In this document: positions 60,211 to 64,000 of the stretch, piece by piece
Numbering within the stretch: the first letter of the stretch is position 1
How the letters are laid out: each line of letters starts with the position of its first letter
From: Vicugna vicugna
Lineage: Eukaryota
Assembly (NCBI GenBank): GCA_013265495.1
Contig: MU058221.1
Coordinates: forward strand, 2,480,001-2,544,000
Direction of reading: 5' to 3'
DNA: 64,000 nucleotides
Position numbers and translations under genes: made by a program
Notes under the pieces: model-generated
What the model was told of the DNA's origin: nothing
Seen by the model: the letters and a program-made list of their open reading frames with translations, nothing else
The model's database searches: none

Positions 60211-60568
60211 TGCTGTAGACGATGCTTATGTCCCCCAGAGTTCACTGAATGAAAACTAGCCCCGAGGGGATGGCACTTGGAGGCGGGGCCTCCCAGGGTG
60301 AGGCCGTGAGAGCAGAGCCCTCGTGAATGGGATTCTCACGCACAAAAAGAGACCCCAGAGTGTTCTCCGGCCCCTCCTGCCCTGTGGGGACGTGGTGAGA
60401 AGGCGGATGTCTGTGGACTAAGACGTGGGCGCTCTCACCAGACACTGAACGTGCAGGCGCCTTGATTTGAGGCTTCCAAGCCTCCAGAACTGTGAGGAAT
60501 AAATGTTTGCTGTTTAAGCCGCGCTGGCTACAGTGGTTTATTGCAGCCGCCTGAACAGCCCGAGACGG
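60211..60568 (+). mobile_element. MLT1A-like MaLR solo LTR
   Basis: gagccctcgtgaatgggatt...ctcaccagacactgaa...ccttgatt...cctccagaactgtgaggaataaatgtttgctgtttaagcc. Confidence 0.85.
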
Positions 60569-62149
60569 ACGCCCTTGTGCATGTGGGCAACTGTGTCTGG
60601 GACATTTAAAAGCCCTGTCTCTCAATGCATAAGGCCAAACTGTCCTCATGAGGGACTGTACAGGTGTCACCCTTAATACCTTGTTTGGTACTTTCTTCTC
60701 CTTGAGAAACTCCACCACACCACAAACAGATGCATGGAAGCATCTCTTGGTCCCCTTGCCTTCATCTGGCTGGGGCACCGACTGAGATCCCTGCCTGAAT
60801 CTGTCCCTCATGCCTTGAAACCTTCCTTCCTTCCCATTCCTTCTTCCTCACCCCTCCCTGGAGAGGCAGACGGAGGGCTGGGCTTTGGGGTCTTCAGTGT
60901 TCCTTCTGGGAGCTCGGGAGTGTTTCACCTCCGTATCTTGTCAAGGGGAGGGCCAGCCAAGTTATTTTCACGGAGGTGTTAGTGTCCAGAAATAGTTGGA
61001 TGCAGGGCTCCTTAAAAATGCACTGTGGAGGAAAGAATGTTTAAATATATTTGTGAAATGCGCTGGATTCCGCTGTGTTCTCTGCAGTTCGCAATACTAT
61101 TTATCTCAATCACGAGAAATCTTGTTCTTTCACAGTTTCACCCCCTTATTTGGGACATCTGTTAACACCACACCAATGTGCCAGGACAGCTTTGGAAGCA
61201 TTCATCAGACTGTAGTCCGCAGGCACTGCTGACTCTCACTTGGCTCTCAGCACACCAAGAAGTGATTCTGAGGTCTGGATTTCAGACACAGTCGCAGGGT
61301 GCTGGTGCGGGGAGCTGTTTCTGTCAGGCCCTAGGAATTTATGGGGCCAGCTGGATAACTACCACTGTCCTGCTTGGTATCAGCCAGACTCACCTCCTCA
61401 TCCTGGCCACAGATAGTGGATCCAGTTTAATTCTGGAGTAAGTTCTGCCTCTGATGCCTCCTGACATTTAATTATCTTGTTCTATAGAATTTTCCGGGTG
61501 TGGCTAACTTTGTCCTTGCAGGTAAAATGAAACTCCGTAAGGACAGACTTGCTATCTTCCTGCTCTTAGGACCCTCTAATATCTGCCTCTAAAGGTGTGG
61601 GAGATGATCAGACAGGAGAGACCACAGATAAAGAGCGCTGGCATTGCCATATAGCACGGACAAGCATGTCCCCTGTCCCCTCGGTGCAGTCTGGCACAGC
61701 AGAGATTCTCGCTGAATTGACTTTATTAACTGGTTTGAATTCTTGCCTAATCCACAGCCTGGGGAATGTAAGCTGCGTATAAAAGGTCCTTATATTACGT
61801 TGACATAGAGGCATAGATTATTAAACCAAGGAGATCCAACCCTTTGGAGCTGAAGTCACACGGATTAATGCCACTTATATGTGGCTTCCTTTCACGGATC
61901 TGTTTTGTGTAGGAGATCCCCCCGCCGTCCACAGGCAGCGAGCCTTCTGCAGGCAAGGAACCTGCCAAGTGGGATGCGTTGTGTCTTTGTCCAAATCATC
62001 TCCTGTTCTCTGGAACCACTTCTGAATCTCTCACTGGCACCTTGAGAATGCCTTTGAGTTATTTAGCATGAATCTCTGTGGTTCTTCTTTTCTCTCTCTT
62101 TTTTTTTTTTTGTTAAAGTCAAATGGAGATTTCGCTGATGAGGTTAAGT

Positions 62150-62950
62150 TAGATAAAATGTGGGCCCTGCCTTGAGTATTCTTAGATCTGGGGTGCAGGG
62201 GGGTAACAAAGCAGTGTGAGTCATTCTATGGCAGAGATATAAACAAGGACTGCGGATGGAGAAATTTCCCTGGCTAATTGAGCAAGGACAGTCCGAGGAG
62301 CTAGGAGGAAAGGAGGAGGGGTTGACCAGATAGACGGAGGGAGGCCACTCCAATCTGTAGGCAAAATCTGTGAAAAAAAAAATCACAAGGGTTTTTGAGA
62401 TGCTTAGGGTGTCCAGAGCACAGGCAAGAAAGAGAGAGAGGAATGAGGAGAGATGAGACTGGACTGTTTGCTCAGAGCCAGGGTGGGAAGACTTTCAACC
62501 TGGACTGTGATAAATGTGGGTAGAAGGGATAAAATTCTGATGATGGTCTTGAACATGAAGGGCAGGGAAAAGGCAGCTGAAAGCACGGAGCGCAGCTGGG
62601 GGCCCCACACCCGCTCAAGGGAGACACCGCGTGCAACCGTCTGTGTTAGCACTGGAGACGGACAGGCCAGGGCGAGTGCAATAGTAGTTCTATAACGGGG
62701 TTGACGATCTTTCCAATGGTACTTTTCCCCAAGAAATAACTGAAGATGATTTCAGGTGAATGGACTGATTTGGGGTAGATGGGAGGTAAAGAAGAATAAG
62801 ATGTGAGAGAAAAAACTAACAGTTAGAACTAAGAGGCAGCAGTAAGAGATGTGGACGGAGGTCACACCTGGACTTGGAGATCAGGGACTCCCTCGTGTTT
62901 GGTCGTTAGGGCGGTGGCAGTGGATGCAAATCCTCAGAGAGACAGGTTAG
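62150..62950 (-). mobile_element. Degenerate L2 fragment(s)
   Basis: ggccctgccttgag...tagatctgggg followed by purine-rich L2-like sequence. Confidence 0.4.
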
Positions 62951-63104
62951 AATCGAGCTGATGCGCAATCAGAAGTCTCCGTGGTCTGGTTTAGTAACGT
63001 GGACGTGGGAAGCGGCTGGGGGACTGGCTATCTGCAGAGTGCACGGTTCTATTAAAGGCTTCCAGACATTCGCTGATTTTTGAAGAATCCTATTCTATTG
63101 GTAA

Positions 63105-63140
63105 GGAAGCGAGCGTGCAGACGGAAGCGAGCGTGCAGAC
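63105..63140. repeat. Perfect 18-bp tandem duplication
   Basis: ggaagcgagcgtgcagac twice. Confidence 0.9.
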
Positions 63141-64000
63141 CTTTTTCAGCTTGTGGAATACCAGTTGGGAAAAGCTCCTTTTCAAATGATGACTCCCAAC
63201 TTGGAAGAACAGGAGGGAGCAGAAGAGGTGGAGAGCCCCTCCACAGGAGCCACAGGGTGAGGACCCCGGGCCCCGTCCCTGGTGAGCAGCCATGACCAGG
63301 CAGTCACGGCCGTGAGACTGGGAGGAGCAGGTACTTCACGTGGCCGTGAAAAAGAAACAATATGGTTGCGATTGATAGGATTTGAGAGAAGCCCAGGTGG
63401 TCGAGGACCACCAAGAGTGGGAGAGGCTGCCCAGCAGCGGGGAAACTCGCAAAGGAGAAGCCCAGTGAGGCGCTGTCGGTCTGAGGCCTCTGGGGCCACG
63501 ACTGCCTGCTGTTGCGTGTGTCCGCCCCCAAGAGCGTTTGCCCCTGGCCTCTCCTGTCAAGTGTAAGGTCATCCCTTTGTAAGTGGGCCTTGCATTACCC
63601 TCTTGAACCTGAAACAAGGTGCCCCCTGGAGAGCATGTCCTTCCGAATGTAATGCTGCATCTGCATTTTTGCAGAAGAATCTGAGACACTGAGTAACGTA
63701 CTGCGAGGGGCTGTTGACATGTCTGACTCTGTGCTGAGTTGAAAAGTGTCCCGCCAGTGACCAGCTGCGTGACCTGGGCAAGTGACTTAAATTCGAAGCT
63801 GTATTCAACATAGCAAAATGAAGGCTAAAAATACATTTGATTAGAATAATAGAAAAAGTTCAAATTCTATTACAATAGCTATGTATATCATTTACATTAT
63901 TAGACACGTTTTGTTTAATGTTATTTATATGTTATTTTCATATAGTGTATACTAATAAATTCACACGTATCATTTCTATTATATAAGGCTAAAATTCTAC

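Larger units (their letters stand above)
1..64000 (+). other. CTNNA2: Intronic sequence of the host gene catenin alpha-2; no host coding exon recognised in the window
   Basis: Inference from established synteny: LRRTM1 lies antisense inside a large CTNNA2 intron in mammals. LRRTM1 is on - here, so the host would be on +. No ORF resembles alpha-catenin. Confidence 0.8.

Noticed and set aside
1..64000. CRISPR arrays, rRNA, NUMTs, processed pseudogenes, intact retroviral genes
   Set aside because: No repeat-spacer periodicity or recognisable similarity seen. Highly diverged remnants cannot be excluded by eye.

Overview
Mammalian genomic DNA, most likely a camelid (inferred from repeated copies of a tRNA-derived SINE resembling the camelid Vic-1 type). 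The only protein-coding sequence I can support is LRRTM1 (52804..54372, minus strand, 522 aa, single coding exon). It has a short 5'UTR intron, a CpG-island promoter and a poly(A) signal at 52439..52444. In mammals LRRTM1 is nested antisense in a large intron of CTNNA2, so the whole window is probably CTNNA2 intron on the + strand; I recognise no CTNNA2 coding exon. The rest is interspersed repeats (SINEs, L1, L2, MIR, ERV/MaLR LTRs, MER DNA transposons), microsatellites and some candidate regulatory elements. I found no proven new biological system. The best leads are: (1) a uORF whose stop overlaps the LRRTM1 start (TAATG), plus two donors 4 nt apart that change the uORF layout; (2) strong minus-strand candidate exons downstream of LRRTM1 and a donor-like site at ECE|V; (3) a SINE-head/L1-tail chimera and a SINE with an apparent 3' transduction, each bounded by its own target-site duplication; (4) signs of GC-biased evolution that reach LRRTM1 amino acids. 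Repeat family names and human comparisons are from memory, not from database searches, and repeat boundaries are approximate.
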